Positions 1 to 9,759 of a DNA stretch of 64,000 bases are shown in pieces. Each line of letters begins with the position of its first letter. Within the stretch, counting starts at the first letter, position 1. Source of the DNA: Flavobacteriales bacterium (GTDB taxonomy: Bacteria; Bacteroidota; Bacteroidia; CAIKAF01); assembly GCA_026418175.1 (NCBI GenBank), contig JAOABX010000001.1, positions 68,957 through 132,956 of the forward strand. Direction: 5' to 3'. The position numbers and the translations under genes are program-made. Under the pieces are notes generated by a model. It was given only the letters and a program-made list of their open reading frames with translations. It searched no databases and was not told the origin of the DNA.

Positions 1-671
1 GCTCTAATCCACAAATTGGTGGATATACAGCTTCAACGCATTACGATGCTGGTGCTTCAATTGTACAGCTTCTTACTGATGCAAACGGCGTTCCAGTTTC
101 CAATCCTCCGGTAGCTCAGGCGCGTAATGTATGGAGAAATTGTATGTGGGCCGGTATCCCGTTCCATGTAAAAGGTAAAACATGGCTAGACGGTGATGTG
201 CGCATTCGTTTGCGAGTATTTAAAAACTATCAACCTAAACTTTCGGCTGTTAACAGTGTAGCCAATCCTCAAAACAACAACAATCCGATGTATGAATTTG
301 GATTTGGAGATTTGGCAGCTATTACCGGAGATAATGATGCTGCTAAAGCAGCGTTGGATTTGATTCAGGTTGTCCCCAACCCATATTATGCTGCAAGTGA
401 TTATGAAACTAATCAGGTGGATAACCGTGTTAAAATTGTTAACCTTCCGGATGTTTGTACCGTTACGATTTACTCATTAAATGGTACGTTAGTACGACGC
501 TATGAAAAGAGCACTTCTGCTAAAACATCCATTGATTGGGACCTGAAAAATTATAAGAACATCCCAATTGCCAGTGGTTTGTACATTATTCATGTTAAAG
601 CTCCCGGCATAGGTGAACGAATTTTGAAATGGTACGGTGTGCTTCGTCCGTTTAGTTTAGATAACTTCTAA
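1..671 (+). CDS. 3' end of a large secreted protein with a T9SS C-terminal sorting domain; the 5' end lies outside the window
   Basis: The frame is open from base 3 with no stop until 671. The C-terminus (PNPYYAASD...VTIYSLNGTLV...ASGLYIIHVKA...) looks like a T9SS β-sandwich CTD. A PorV-like outer-membrane gene follows immediately downstream. Confidence 0.6.
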   Translation, partial: SNPQIGGYTASTHYDAGASIVQLLTDANGVPVSNPPVAQARNVWRNCMWAGIPFHVKGKTWLDGDVRIRLRVFKNYQPKLSAVNSVANPQNNNNPMYEFGFGDLAAITGDNDAAKAALDLIQVVPNPYYAASDYETNQVDNRVKIVNLPDVCTVTIYSLNGTLVRRYEKSTSAKTSIDWDLKNYKNIPIASGLYIIHVKAPGIGERILKWYGVLRPFSLDNF

Positions 672-700
672 TTGGTTAACCCATTAAAGCATAGAAGAAA

Positions 701-1789
701 ATGAAATTCATGAAATATAAAATCTGGATGTTGATTGGAGCCTTGATGGCTTCAGTGATTGCCACCCATGCCGGTAATGAAGATCGTGCCGGTTCTGCTG
801 GGTGTATGGATTTATTGGTTAATCCATGGGCCAGGAGTTCTGGTTGGCATGGCGCCAACACAGCGATTGGACGCGGCTTGGAATCACAATTCCTCAATGT
901 AGCCGGTATGGCATTTACAGAAAGGACAGAAATTTTATTTGCCCATACCCGTTGGTTGGCTGGTTCTGACATTGGAATAAATACTTTTGGTTTTAGTCAG
1001 AACCTTGGTAAAAAACGTGGAGTTTTGGGTTTAAGTGTTATGTCTTTGGGGTCTGGAGCTATTGAAGAAACAACGGTAAATTCACCGGAAGGAACTGGAA
1101 ATACCTATCAAGTAAACAACCTGAACATTGCAGCGAGTTATGCTCGTGGATTTTCAGATAAAATCTATGGGGGATTCACCATTCGTTTGATGACACAGTC
1201 CATTAGTAACATTGCTGCAACCGGGTTTACCATTGATGCAGGTATTATGTACAAAACCACGTTAGGCAAACGTGAGTTAAATAAAGATAATCTGCATTTT
1301 GGTATTACACTTAAAAACATTGGCCCACGGATGATGGCAACGGGAGATGGTTTAACAGTGTATAACGTAAGCCCGATAAATGGCGCTGTACTTACACAAC
1401 AACAACGCTCCGCTGAATTTGAGCTTCCAGCTTTGATGAATATTGGGATAGCTTATGTTTATCGGTTTACTAAAAAGCATGGATTAACCACAGCCTTTAA
1501 TTTTACCACCCATTCTTTTACACGCGACCAGTTTATTTTAGGATTGGAATATAATTTCAATAATATGTTGATGTTGCGTGGTGGCTATGCATTTGAAGAA
1601 GGAATTTTTGGTGAACGTGATGGGGTAAATCCTAACTTGCTTAATGCCTTTACAGGTCCAAGCGGAGGTTTTACTTTTGAAGCTCCTTTTAAGAAAAATG
1701 GTAAAACTAAAATCGGTTTGGATTATTCATTCAGGGCTACTTACACATTTGCAGGGGTACATACCTTTGGGGTACGCTTGCTTTTATAA
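701..1789 (+). CDS. Outer-membrane β-barrel protein of the PorV/PorQ (FadL-like) T9SS family
   Basis: Signal peptide MKYKIWMLIGALMASVIATHA. The N-terminal motif ARSSGWHGANTAIGRGLESQFLNVAGMAF matches the PorV-type AR.AGMG.A....NPA.LAF pattern. C-terminal residues are aromatic (β-barrel). It sits directly after a T9SS cargo gene. Confidence 0.5.
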   Translation: MKFMKYKIWMLIGALMASVIATHAGNEDRAGSAGCMDLLVNPWARSSGWHGANTAIGRGLESQFLNVAGMAFTERTEILFAHTRWLAGSDIGINTFGFSQNLGKKRGVLGLSVMSLGSGAIEETTVNSPEGTGNTYQVNNLNIAASYARGFSDKIYGGFTIRLMTQSISNIAATGFTIDAGIMYKTTLGKRELNKDNLHFGITLKNIGPRMMATGDGLTVYNVSPINGAVLTQQQRSAEFELPALMNIGIAYVYRFTKKHGLTTAFNFTTHSFTRDQFILGLEYNFNNMLMLRGGYAFEEGIFGERDGVNPNLLNAFTGPSGGFTFEAPFKKNGKTKIGLDYSFRATYTFAGVHTFGVRLLL

Positions 1790-1820
1790 TCTAAAAAAAT
1801 TTTTTATATCTTTGTAGTGT

Positions 1821-1855
1821 AAACAGAAAGCGAAAGCTTTCTGTTTGCTTTTTAT
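1821..1855 (+). terminator. Rho-independent terminator
   Basis: Perfect 11-bp stem aaacagaaagc/gctttctgttt with gaaa loop, followed by gcttttta. Confidence 0.6.
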
Positions 1856-1878
1856 ACAAAACGACCAAAAAAACTTTT

Positions 1879-2352
1879 ATGTCGAAGATAACATATTTAA
1901 CAGCCGAAGGATACAAAAAGCTCAAAGAAGAGCTTGATTACATGATTAATGTGGAGCGGCCAAAAATATCTGCACAGATTGCTGAAGCTCGTGATAAAGG
2001 AGATCTAAGCGAAAATGCCGAATATGATGCTGCCAAAGAGGCTCAAGGATTGTTGGAGTTAAAAATATCCAAACTACGTGAAACTATTAATAATGCACGT
2101 ATTCTGGAAAATGATAACACCGATGTTTCGAAAGTTTTTCTACTATGTAAGGTGAAAATTAAAAACCTTAAGAATAATGCTGTGATGGAATATCAAATTG
2201 TTTCAGAGAATGAAGCTAATTTAAAAGAAGGAAAAATATCTTCAGATTCTCCCATAGGAAAAGCATTGCTGGGCAAATCAAAAGGTGATAAAATAGAGGT
2301 ACAGGTACCCAATGGCATAATGCCCTTTGAAATTCTAGAAATTTCACGTTAA
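1879..2352 (+). CDS. greA: Transcription elongation factor GreA
   Basis: 157 aa with the GreA N-terminal coiled coil (LTAEGYKKLKEELDYM...DLSENAEYDAAKE) and C-terminal FKBP-like domain. Confidence 0.9.
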   Translation: MSKITYLTAEGYKKLKEELDYMINVERPKISAQIAEARDKGDLSENAEYDAAKEAQGLLELKISKLRETINNARILENDNTDVSKVFLLCKVKIKNLKNNAVMEYQIVSENEANLKEGKISSDSPIGKALLGKSKGDKIEVQVPNGIMPFEILEISR

Positions 2353-2744
2353 TGGCTTCGTTATTTACTCGCATTATTCAGGGTGAAATACCTTGTTATA
2401 AAATTGCCGAAGACGAGCATTGTATTGCATTTCTTGACATATTTCCTTTAAAAGAGGGACATACCTTGGTTGTACCTAAAAATGAAGTAGATCATTGGCT
2501 TGATCTTGATCATGAAACACAACAACATTTAATTCTTTTTGCCCAGCGTATAGGTAAAGCCATTCAAAAAGTTACTTGCTCGGAGCGTATTGGTTTAGTG
2601 ATAGCCGGATTTGAAATTCCACATGTTCATATTCATTTAATTCCAGTAAATAACATGAATGATATGAATTTTAGTAACCCTAAAATTCAGCTTACTGAGG
2701 ATCGTTTCAAAGAACTGGCATCACTCATCAAAAGCCAATTATAG
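2352..2744 (+). CDS. HIT-family (histidine triad) hydrolase
   Basis: 130 aa with the HVHIHLIP histidine-triad motif. The start overlaps the greA stop by 1 nt (taATG). Confidence 0.8.
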   Translation: MASLFTRIIQGEIPCYKIAEDEHCIAFLDIFPLKEGHTLVVPKNEVDHWLDLDHETQQHLILFAQRIGKAIQKVTCSERIGLVIAGFEIPHVHIHLIPVNNMNDMNFSNPKIQLTEDRFKELASLIKSQL

Positions 2745-2821
2745 TTCCTTTTTTGAAGCAATATATAAAACACTTATTGCCACAACAATAATTTCAAAAG
2801 TATAATCCATTTCATTTAATG

Positions 2822-2855
2822 AAAAAAGCAACTTTTTTAAGTTGCTTTCTATTTT
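2822..2855. terminator. Bidirectional terminator between the convergent HIT gene and dnaN
   Basis: Stem aaagcaac/gttgcttt flanked by A-run and T-run on both sides. Confidence 0.5.
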
Positions 2856-2895
2856 AATGACTTATTAGCTTTATGCTTTTCTCTTTATACTGCCT

Positions 2896-4026
2896 TTAGT
2901 TATTCAGCATAATTGGCATTACCAGCATGGTGATATCTTCTACTTCTGAATCAATTTCGGCCGGTTTAATAATGCCTGCGCGGTTGGGCTCAGATAATTC
3001 AAACAATACATATTCACCGTCTATATTCTGTATCATTTCGATGAGGAAGCGGGAATTAAATCCGATTTCCATATCATCGCCATCATATTGACAAGTTAAC
3101 CGTTCATACGCTTCATTCGCAAAATCCAAATCTTCAGCCATTATTTGCAAATCACTTCCTGCTATTTTCAATCGAACTTGGTATGTAGTTTTATTAGAAA
3201 AGATTGAAACCCGACGAATAGCACTTAACAATGATGCCTTTTCAACCTGTAGTTTATTTGGATTGTTTTTAGGAATTACTGCTTCGAAATTGGGGAATTT
3301 CCCTTCAATCAATCGGCTTACCAATTTAAAATTACCAAATACAAATTGTACATTACTATCGCTAAAAGATACCTGTACCGTAGTTTCAAAGGTAGAAAGT
3401 ATATTTTTAAGAATATTCAGTGGCTTTTTGGGTAAAATTATTCTACTGTTCGTTGAAGCTTTAACATCTTTTCTTTTATAAAGAACTAGTTTGTGAGCGT
3501 CGGTAGCCACAAAGCTGCAGCTCTCGGTTCCCATTTCAAATAAAACCCCCGACATTACCGGACGCAATTCGTCATTACCAGTAGCGAAAATTGTTTTATG
3601 AATGGCGTGTGCCAAAGTAAGTGAGTCAATATTCACACTTCCAATGGCCTGTATTTCCGGCATACGAGGAAATTCATCGGCTTTATGCCCGGCCAGTTTG
3701 TATTTTCCACTGTCTGAAGAAACTAAAATACCGTTTGTTTTTGCATCCACCGTAAATGTTAGCGGAACATCGGCAAAGGTTTTTAAAGTATCCAGTAATA
3801 ACTTAGCCGGAATAGCAATGCTACCGTCTTTTTTGGCATTTACCTGGTCGGCACTCAATTGAGTGGATATGGTGGTTTCAAGGTCAGAACCTGAAATGGT
3901 GAGATTACCATCATGTACTTCAAACAAAAAATCATTCAAAATGGGGACGTTGCTGTTTGAACTGATAACACCACCAATAATTTGCAGTTGCTGCAAAAGG
4001 GTTTTACTGGATATGACAAAATTCAT
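2896..4026 (-). CDS. dnaN: DNA polymerase III β sliding clamp
   Basis: 376 aa, three-domain clamp with MNFVISSKTLLQQLQIIGGVISSNSNVPIL at the N-terminus. Confidence 0.9.
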   Translation of the reverse strand: MNFVISSKTLLQQLQIIGGVISSNSNVPILNDFLFEVHDGNLTISGSDLETTISTQLSADQVNAKKDGSIAIPAKLLLDTLKTFADVPLTFTVDAKTNGILVSSDSGKYKLAGHKADEFPRMPEIQAIGSVNIDSLTLAHAIHKTIFATGNDELRPVMSGVLFEMGTESCSFVATDAHKLVLYKRKDVKASTNSRIILPKKPLNILKNILSTFETTVQVSFSDSNVQFVFGNFKLVSRLIEGKFPNFEAVIPKNNPNKLQVEKASLLSAIRRVSIFSNKTTYQVRLKIAGSDLQIMAEDLDFANEAYERLTCQYDGDDMEIGFNSRFLIEMIQNIDGEYVLFELSEPNRAGIIKPAEIDSEVEDITMLVMPIMLNN

Positions 4027-4129
4027 GGTATGAATGTTTGAAGCAAATATATTATTTTTTGATGGGAGCGTACAGATAAGTTTTCGACAATCCCTTCAAC
4101 TTTTTTAGATGTTCTACTTTATGGAAAAA

Positions 4130-5146
4130 CTATTTTTTCTTTGTTGCAGATTGTGGGAAAAAATAACTGGCAGGAACTGTTACCGGATCAAAAGTAAAGT
4201 ATTGGCAAAGAACCAGCGTTTTACCATCAATAATACCATACATCCGGTCTACATCAATTTTTTCCTCGTTGCCATACATATCTACGGTACCAGGCGGCAA
4301 TGGAATTTGATAAAGAGCCACCGACCGTATGTTGCCATCAGTTTGGATAACACTTATTTTATAAATACCATATTTGGCAGTTACTGAGTCTAAGCGGGCT
4401 TTGTTAACATCAAGGAATGACTCAAATCCAATGTTTTTAAAATTTTTCATCCAATCTTTTACAGCCAAAGTGTCGAAATTATGAAGGATTGTATTTGATT
4501 TTAATAATTTAATTTCAAAACGTCCTTTGTCATGAGTTACTTCATACGATTGATCAGGTAAATTCACAAACTCCATGCGAATTTTCTGTATATCATTAAT
4601 ATGATAGGCAAATATCATGCGGTCTCTCCATTCTTCAGGCATTGGCATGAAATAGGGAGTGAGATATCCTCTAAAACCCGGGACATAGCAGATGAATGGG
4701 ATAGACGAACCTTCCAACAACATATAAGTACCCAGGTGATCTTGTGTTGGGCCACCCACATACATGGTTTTAGTTAATTTGCCTTTTTGATAGATTTCAA
4801 CTTTGGTAGAGTATACCGCCAAACTTTTTATTACATTTTCAAGTGCTGATTTCGGCACATATTGTTTTACTTCAATCCGTTTTAGCAATATCAGCAGGTC
4901 ATTGATCAAATCAACACGAGCCGGAAATTCATGGTCCACTATCCATCGCCCATTCTCTTTAGTAAGCAACACCTTGCGGTTACTTTTGTCAGCCATGAAT
5001 ATTTTGTCTATTGAGGCAGTATCCTCTACTTTAAAATCACTCAATTCGTTTTTTTGACGGCTTTTTCCGCCACAACCTGTTACCAGGGTAAACAGGGGAA
5101 GAATTATCAGAAAAAGAAGGTATTTATTTCTTTTCATACTAACCAT
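4130..5146 (-). CDS. DUF4340-like lipoprotein, probably a GldG-associated accessory protein
   Basis: Lipoprotein signal LFTLVTGCGG. Lies immediately downstream of gldG and is separated from it by 2 bp; this position is commonly occupied by a DUF4340 protein. Confidence 0.5.
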   Translation of the reverse strand: MVSMKRNKYLLFLIILPLFTLVTGCGGKSRQKNELSDFKVEDTASIDKIFMADKSNRKVLLTKENGRWIVDHEFPARVDLINDLLILLKRIEVKQYVPKSALENVIKSLAVYSTKVEIYQKGKLTKTMYVGGPTQDHLGTYMLLEGSSIPFICYVPGFRGYLTPYFMPMPEEWRDRMIFAYHINDIQKIRMEFVNLPDQSYEVTHDKGRFEIKLLKSNTILHNFDTLAVKDWMKNFKNIGFESFLDVNKARLDSVTAKYGIYKISVIQTDGNIRSVALYQIPLPPGTVDMYGNEEKIDVDRMYGIIDGKTLVLCQYFTFDPVTVPASYFFPQSATKKK

Positions 5147-5148
5147 AG

Positions 5149-6834
5149 TTAAGAGGCAAATCTGCGCTTTCGAATGTAGTTATATATTAATCCAAACAAT
5201 ACAACCCAAGTAACTGGTACTATTGTATTAATTGATTTCCATTGTTGCTTTTGTTCAGATACTTTGTTCCTGTCTAGTAATCGTATACGGTATTCTTTGG
5301 AACGAAGTGGAATAAACCAACTGTCGCCGGTAAGATAATTTACACAGTTAAGTAAAAAGTTTTTATTACCTCCATAATATATTCCGGTTCTTGGATCAAG
5401 TCCAAGGGGAATAATGGATTTTGTTTTCGGATTAAACAGATTTTTGGCAATATCTCCATCGCCCACTATAATCATCTTGGTAGGCTCACTTTGTTTTTTC
5501 ACAGTACGATTACTCAGTTCCACAATTTTGTTTTCAAAAACGGATCGGAATTGGCCTTCTAATAATACCGCCACCGGCTGATGGGGTTTGTTGAAACGTT
5601 CCGGAGTAGGTTCCTGTTCTACTATGTTGAGGGCAATACGAACAGGAGCATACAATACTTTGGTAAGTTGTGAAGTAGTAAGCAATATTGTTTTTTGAAC
5701 TCCTGGAACTGAAATGGTATCTAATGTATTAGCAAATTCAAGTTTTATCGAATTAAGATTTTTTACAATAGGGTGTTTGCTATCCGGAATGATTACCGGA
5801 TAATAATACCAAGGCAAAAATTCTTGTTTATCTTGATTCCCAAAATTTCCAGTATTGATTGGAATAGGAGCACATTGAGCATCTTGTATAAGTGTAGGAT
5901 TTACACGAACACCGTATTTAAATAATTGGTCATATAGGTTTAAATCGCGGGGAATGCCTAAGGTGTAATTTGCATTTCTCATACTGTCCATGCTGGCAAA
6001 TACTTGGTCGAGCAACCATAAAACTTTGCCGCCTCGCATGATGTATTGGTCGATAATAAACTTTGAGGCATCATCAAACGCTGAATCGGGTTTTACAATA
6101 ATCAGGCAGGAAGTGGTTTGATTGATTATATCCAGATTGTTCTTTATTTCTACACCTTCTACTTCATAAAATTCACGCAAGCTCACAATCCAGTCAGCTA
6201 AATATAGCTCATTGGTTTCGCCGTGTCCGCGTGAAAAAGCAATGGTTTTCTTTTTTTCAAAATTTAAAAGTTTGTATAACGCTTTAGAAAATTCATATTC
6301 CAGTCGTTCAATGCTTTGATTCAAAACAAACTCCGGGTTTTGATTAAATTGGCTTTGCAGCAGTTGTACCGCTTCTTCCCGGCCGTTGTAAGCAATAATT
6401 GCTCCAGGGAAAATACTACGAGTGCTTCGCCCTTTTTCATCTTTTACAGTCAAGTCAGTAGGAATAAGCCCTTTATCTACCAATTCATAATAAATGTCTG
6501 CTTGTACCTTTTTGTCTTCATTTGAAAAAGGGTCTATAAATCGGTACTGAATTTTATTGCCGGCATAAAACCGAAATTCGTCCAATAATTCGCGGGTTGC
6601 ATTTTGCAACCGTTTGAATCCAACCGGAAAATCTTTTCCTTCTAAATAAACCGAGATAAGTGCCACGTCATCCATTCTGCGAAGAATGGCTTTGGTTGAA
6701 TCGCTAAGCGAAAAACGTTTTTCGGCTGTTAAGTCAAAACGTTTAAAGTGTTGAGTTGCCAGCACGTTTATTCCCAGCAATATTACCAGTCCCAGGGCTA
6801 ATTGCATTAAGTCTTTATTTCTTCTGCTATTCAT
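5149..6834 (-). CDS. gldG: Gliding-motility ABC-transporter auxiliary protein GldG
   Basis: 561 aa with N- and C-terminal transmembrane segments and a large periplasmic domain. Lies directly downstream of the GldF permease gene. Confidence 0.75.
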   Translation of the reverse strand: MNSRRNKDLMQLALGLVILLGINVLATQHFKRFDLTAEKRFSLSDSTKAILRRMDDVALISVYLEGKDFPVGFKRLQNATRELLDEFRFYAGNKIQYRFIDPFSNEDKKVQADIYYELVDKGLIPTDLTVKDEKGRSTRSIFPGAIIAYNGREEAVQLLQSQFNQNPEFVLNQSIERLEYEFSKALYKLLNFEKKKTIAFSRGHGETNELYLADWIVSLREFYEVEGVEIKNNLDIINQTTSCLIIVKPDSAFDDASKFIIDQYIMRGGKVLWLLDQVFASMDSMRNANYTLGIPRDLNLYDQLFKYGVRVNPTLIQDAQCAPIPINTGNFGNQDKQEFLPWYYYPVIIPDSKHPIVKNLNSIKLEFANTLDTISVPGVQKTILLTTSQLTKVLYAPVRIALNIVEQEPTPERFNKPHQPVAVLLEGQFRSVFENKIVELSNRTVKKQSEPTKMIIVGDGDIAKNLFNPKTKSIIPLGLDPRTGIYYGGNKNFLLNCVNYLTGDSWFIPLRSKEYRIRLLDRNKVSEQKQQWKSINTIVPVTWVVLFGLIYNYIRKRRFAS

Positions 6835-6837
6835 GGT

Positions 6838-7566
6838 TTACCAGTTTCGTTTTTGCAATAAGGTTTTAGTACACAGCAGAAAAAACACATTGGCAGAAAT
6901 AAAATATATCACATCCCGAGTATCAATTACACCCCGGCTGATGGAAATATAATGTGAACGGATGCCCAATTCTATAAAAAACAAATTAAACGTACGAAAT
7001 ACCGGGAGATTGGCCAGCAATTGAAATCCTTCACTTACAAACAGACACATAACAAAGGCTACGAGTAAAGAAACAATTTGATTATCGGTAAGCGATGAAG
7101 CAAATATGCCAATAGAGACATAAACTGATGCCAAAAAGATAAGACCCAAATAAGAACCGGCTACAGCCCCACTATCAATATTCCCAGCCGGATTTCCCAA
7201 CGAATAGAGAGTTATATAATAAATTAACGTGGGAAAGAGGGCAAACAATACCAAAATTAATGCAGCGAGGTATTTACCCAAAATAATGGAAGTTTCACTG
7301 ACTGGTTTTGTAATAAGGCTTTCCAACGTGCCCAAGCTTTTTTCTTCGGCAAACGAACGCATGGTAATTGCCGGTATGAGTAATAAGAATACATAGGGTG
7401 CGTTTTCAAAGAATCTCGATAAATCGGCATACCCAATATCCAATAGGTTATCATCTGGCATCAGCCATAAAAACACGCTGTTTACCAATAAAAATAAAAT
7501 AACAACCAGGTATCCGGTTATCGAACTAAAAAACAAGTTGAGTTCTTTTTTTAACAGAGCAATCAC
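6838..7566 (-). CDS. gldF: Gliding-motility ABC-transporter permease GldF
   Basis: 242 aa with six transmembrane segments of the ABC-2 permease type. Forms an operon with gldG. Confidence 0.75.
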   Translation of the reverse strand: MIALLKKELNLFFSSITGYLVVILFLLVNSVFLWLMPDDNLLDIGYADLSRFFENAPYVFLLLIPAITMRSFAEEKSLGTLESLITKPVSETSIILGKYLAALILVLFALFPTLIYYITLYSLGNPAGNIDSGAVAGSYLGLIFLASVYVSIGIFASSLTDNQIVSLLVAFVMCLFVSEGFQLLANLPVFRTFNLFFIELGIRSHYISISRGVIDTRDVIYFISANVFFLLCTKTLLQKRNW

Positions 7567-7629
7567 AGTGGTAAAATTCTTTCTAGCCCCAAAAGTAGTG
7601 TAAAATTTGGTAACCCTACTTATACATAT

Positions 7630-7935
7630 TTAGTCGTTTGTGGCAACGTCGATTTGCAACAGGCTAAAAGCCTGCGGCTTGTCATTAAACCAACTGCGGG
7701 TGAGTTTCCAAGTTTCTTTAAATAATTCTGATTTTCGATAGGCCTCCAAATGTTCTGCAGATTCCCATTCACTTAATGTGTAATACACATGGGAGAGTTG
7801 GTCGTCTTTTAATAATCGAAGGTAAGTACAGCCTTTAAAATTTCGTATGTATGGATATTTTTTAGAAAACATATTTAAAAAATCAGGGATATGATTTGGG
7901 TGAAAACTCATGCGTACTATACGAATTATCTTCAT
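7630..7935 (-). CDS. Antibiotic-biosynthesis-monooxygenase (ABM/Dabb) domain protein
   Basis: 101 aa with the ferredoxin-like ABM pattern HVYYTLSEWESAEHLEAYRKSELF. Confidence 0.6.
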   Translation of the reverse strand: MKIIRIVRMSFHPNHIPDFLNMFSKKYPYIRNFKGCTYLRLLKDDQLSHVYYTLSEWESAEHLEAYRKSELFKETWKLTRSWFNDKPQAFSLLQIDVATND

Positions 7936-7941
7936 CGGCGA

Positions 7942-8727
7942 TTAATTGTTTTTAAATGCTACACGAATATTTGCACCTACGCCAATTTTTAAAAACTGAA
8001 GCAGGCTGCCGTTGCTCATGGCAATTTCCAAATTGCCCGAAGCATTAAATACAGCCACCAATTCACCGTTTTCTATTTCAGCATAGCTTTTTGAAATGCG
8101 GGGAATGCCGTATTCAAGGCTTCGTATATGAATAATGTATTTTCTTCCTTTACCTACTTGTTCAAACAGTTCTCGGGTGATATTGGTAATGGCATTACCA
8201 TATACATCTGAATATATAACGGTGCCTAAAATCGAATCAGCATCAATAGTGGGCCGAAACATGGTTTTTTGAATAAGCCCAATCGTTGGTCTCCCAATCT
8301 CATCTGGCTTTTTTCCATTGGCCAGTGCAGCCATCACCGGAACAAAAACTTCCAACGCCGGAAATGTTCCATCTGATCCTTCCAGGTGTGAAATGTCAAA
8401 AATCTTTTCCGGCTGATGGTCAAAGGCTAAAGAAAAAACCCCATTATCTGTTCCAACAAAATACTGGCCTTCATGTTCAAATACCACGTGCCTGCTTTCA
8501 AAGTCCAATCGGGTGTTTACTGCCACCATGTGGATGGTTCCTGCCGGAAACAACCGATAACTGTTACGAAGCATATATCCGGCCGGCAGTATGCCTTGTT
8601 CCAGCGTAATAGCATGAGTAATGTCAATGACAATAGCCCCTGGAATAAAACGATAAATGGCACCCTTTAACACTCCGGTATAATAATCAGAATGCCCCAT
8701 ATCTGATATCAGGGTTATTATGGCCAC
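7942..8727 (-). CDS. SAM hydroxide adenosyltransferase (DUF62, fluorinase/chlorinase-like fold)
   Basis: 261 aa with the N-terminal ITLISDMGHSDYYTGVLKG and T-DNGV motifs typical of the SAM hydrolase family. Confidence 0.7.
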   Translation of the reverse strand: MAIITLISDMGHSDYYTGVLKGAIYRFIPGAIVIDITHAITLEQGILPAGYMLRNSYRLFPAGTIHMVAVNTRLDFESRHVVFEHEGQYFVGTDNGVFSLAFDHQPEKIFDISHLEGSDGTFPALEVFVPVMAALANGKKPDEIGRPTIGLIQKTMFRPTIDADSILGTVIYSDVYGNAITNITRELFEQVGKGRKYIIHIRSLEYGIPRISKSYAEIENGELVAVFNASGNLEIAMSNGSLLQFLKIGVGANIRVAFKNN

Positions 8728-8805
8728 GTTTCAAAATTACATCAAAAACATAGCAAGATTTCGGCTAGGAAAAGCTATTTTTGAGCAGTTAATATTGAAT
8801 AAGTT

Positions 8806-9759
8806 TTGAGCGAAAAAATCATCATTGTTGATTCGTTAGACCCTGTTCATTTTTATGGGGTACATAACGAAAACCTAAAATTCATCAAAAAACATTTCCC
8901 TAAGTTACAAATCGTAGCCCGGGGCAATGAGTTGAAGTTGATGGGTACTGAAGATGAAATTGAAGATTTTCAGGAAAAATTTTTGGCTTTGCTGAATTAT
9001 TATGAAAAGTACAGCAAGTTAGACGAAGAAGCGATTCATTCCATTTGCTCTGAAAACGACCGTGAATTTATTAAGGAAAGAAGCCCAGAAAGCAATACTA
9101 TTCTGTATGGTAACGATGGCCTGGTGATTAAGCCACGTACTCAAACCCAGTTAAAACTGGTGGAAGCCATTGATAGTAACGATTTGGTATTTGCTGTTGG
9201 ACCGGCTGGTACAGGAAAAACATATGTTGCAGTTGCAATGGCTGTAAAGGCTTTGAAAGCCAAACAAATTCGACGCATCATATTAACTCGACCAGCTGTG
9301 GAGGCAGGAGAGAACCTGGGTTTTCTTCCCGGTGATTTGAATGAAAAATTAGCCCCATATCTTCAGCCGCTGTATGATGCGCTGCGGGACATGATTCCGG
9401 CTGAAAAACTACGTATGTACAATGAAACCGGGGTCATTCAGGTTGCTCCTTTAGCCTATATGCGTGGCCGAACGCTCGATAATGCATTTGTGATTTTGGA
9501 TGAAGCACAAAATGCTACTTCCAATCAAATGAAGATGTTTTTAACGCGAATGGGGAAATCAGCTAAATTTGTGGTAACTGGTGATATTACCCAAATTGAC
9601 CTTCCCCGCAATCAACGTTCAGGCTTGCCTGAAGCAATGAAGTTGTTAGAAAAAGTGAAGGGAATCAGTTTTATTCATTTTCATGAAAAAGATGTGGTAC
9701 GTCACGAACTGGTGAAAAAAATTCTGAATGCCTACAACAAATATGAAATCATGAAATAA
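8806..9759 (+). CDS. phoH: PhoH-family ATPase
   Basis: Walker A motif VGPAGTGKTYVAVA and the conserved PhoH C-terminal region. Confidence 0.85.
   Translation: MSEKIIIVDSLDPVHFYGVHNENLKFIKKHFPKLQIVARGNELKLMGTEDEIEDFQEKFLALLNYYEKYSKLDEEAIHSICSENDREFIKERSPESNTILYGNDGLVIKPRTQTQLKLVEAIDSNDLVFAVGPAGTGKTYVAVAMAVKALKAKQIRRIILTRPAVEAGENLGFLPGDLNEKLAPYLQPLYDALRDMIPAEKLRMYNETGVIQVAPLAYMRGRTLDNAFVILDEAQNATSNQMKMFLTRMGKSAKFVVTGDITQIDLPRNQRSGLPEAMKLLEKVKGISFIHFHEKDVVRHELVKKILNAYNKYEIMK

Noticed and set aside
3263-3862. Plus-strand ORFs of 72 and 86 aa inside dnaN
   Set aside because: Antisense to a highly conserved essential gene, so spurious.
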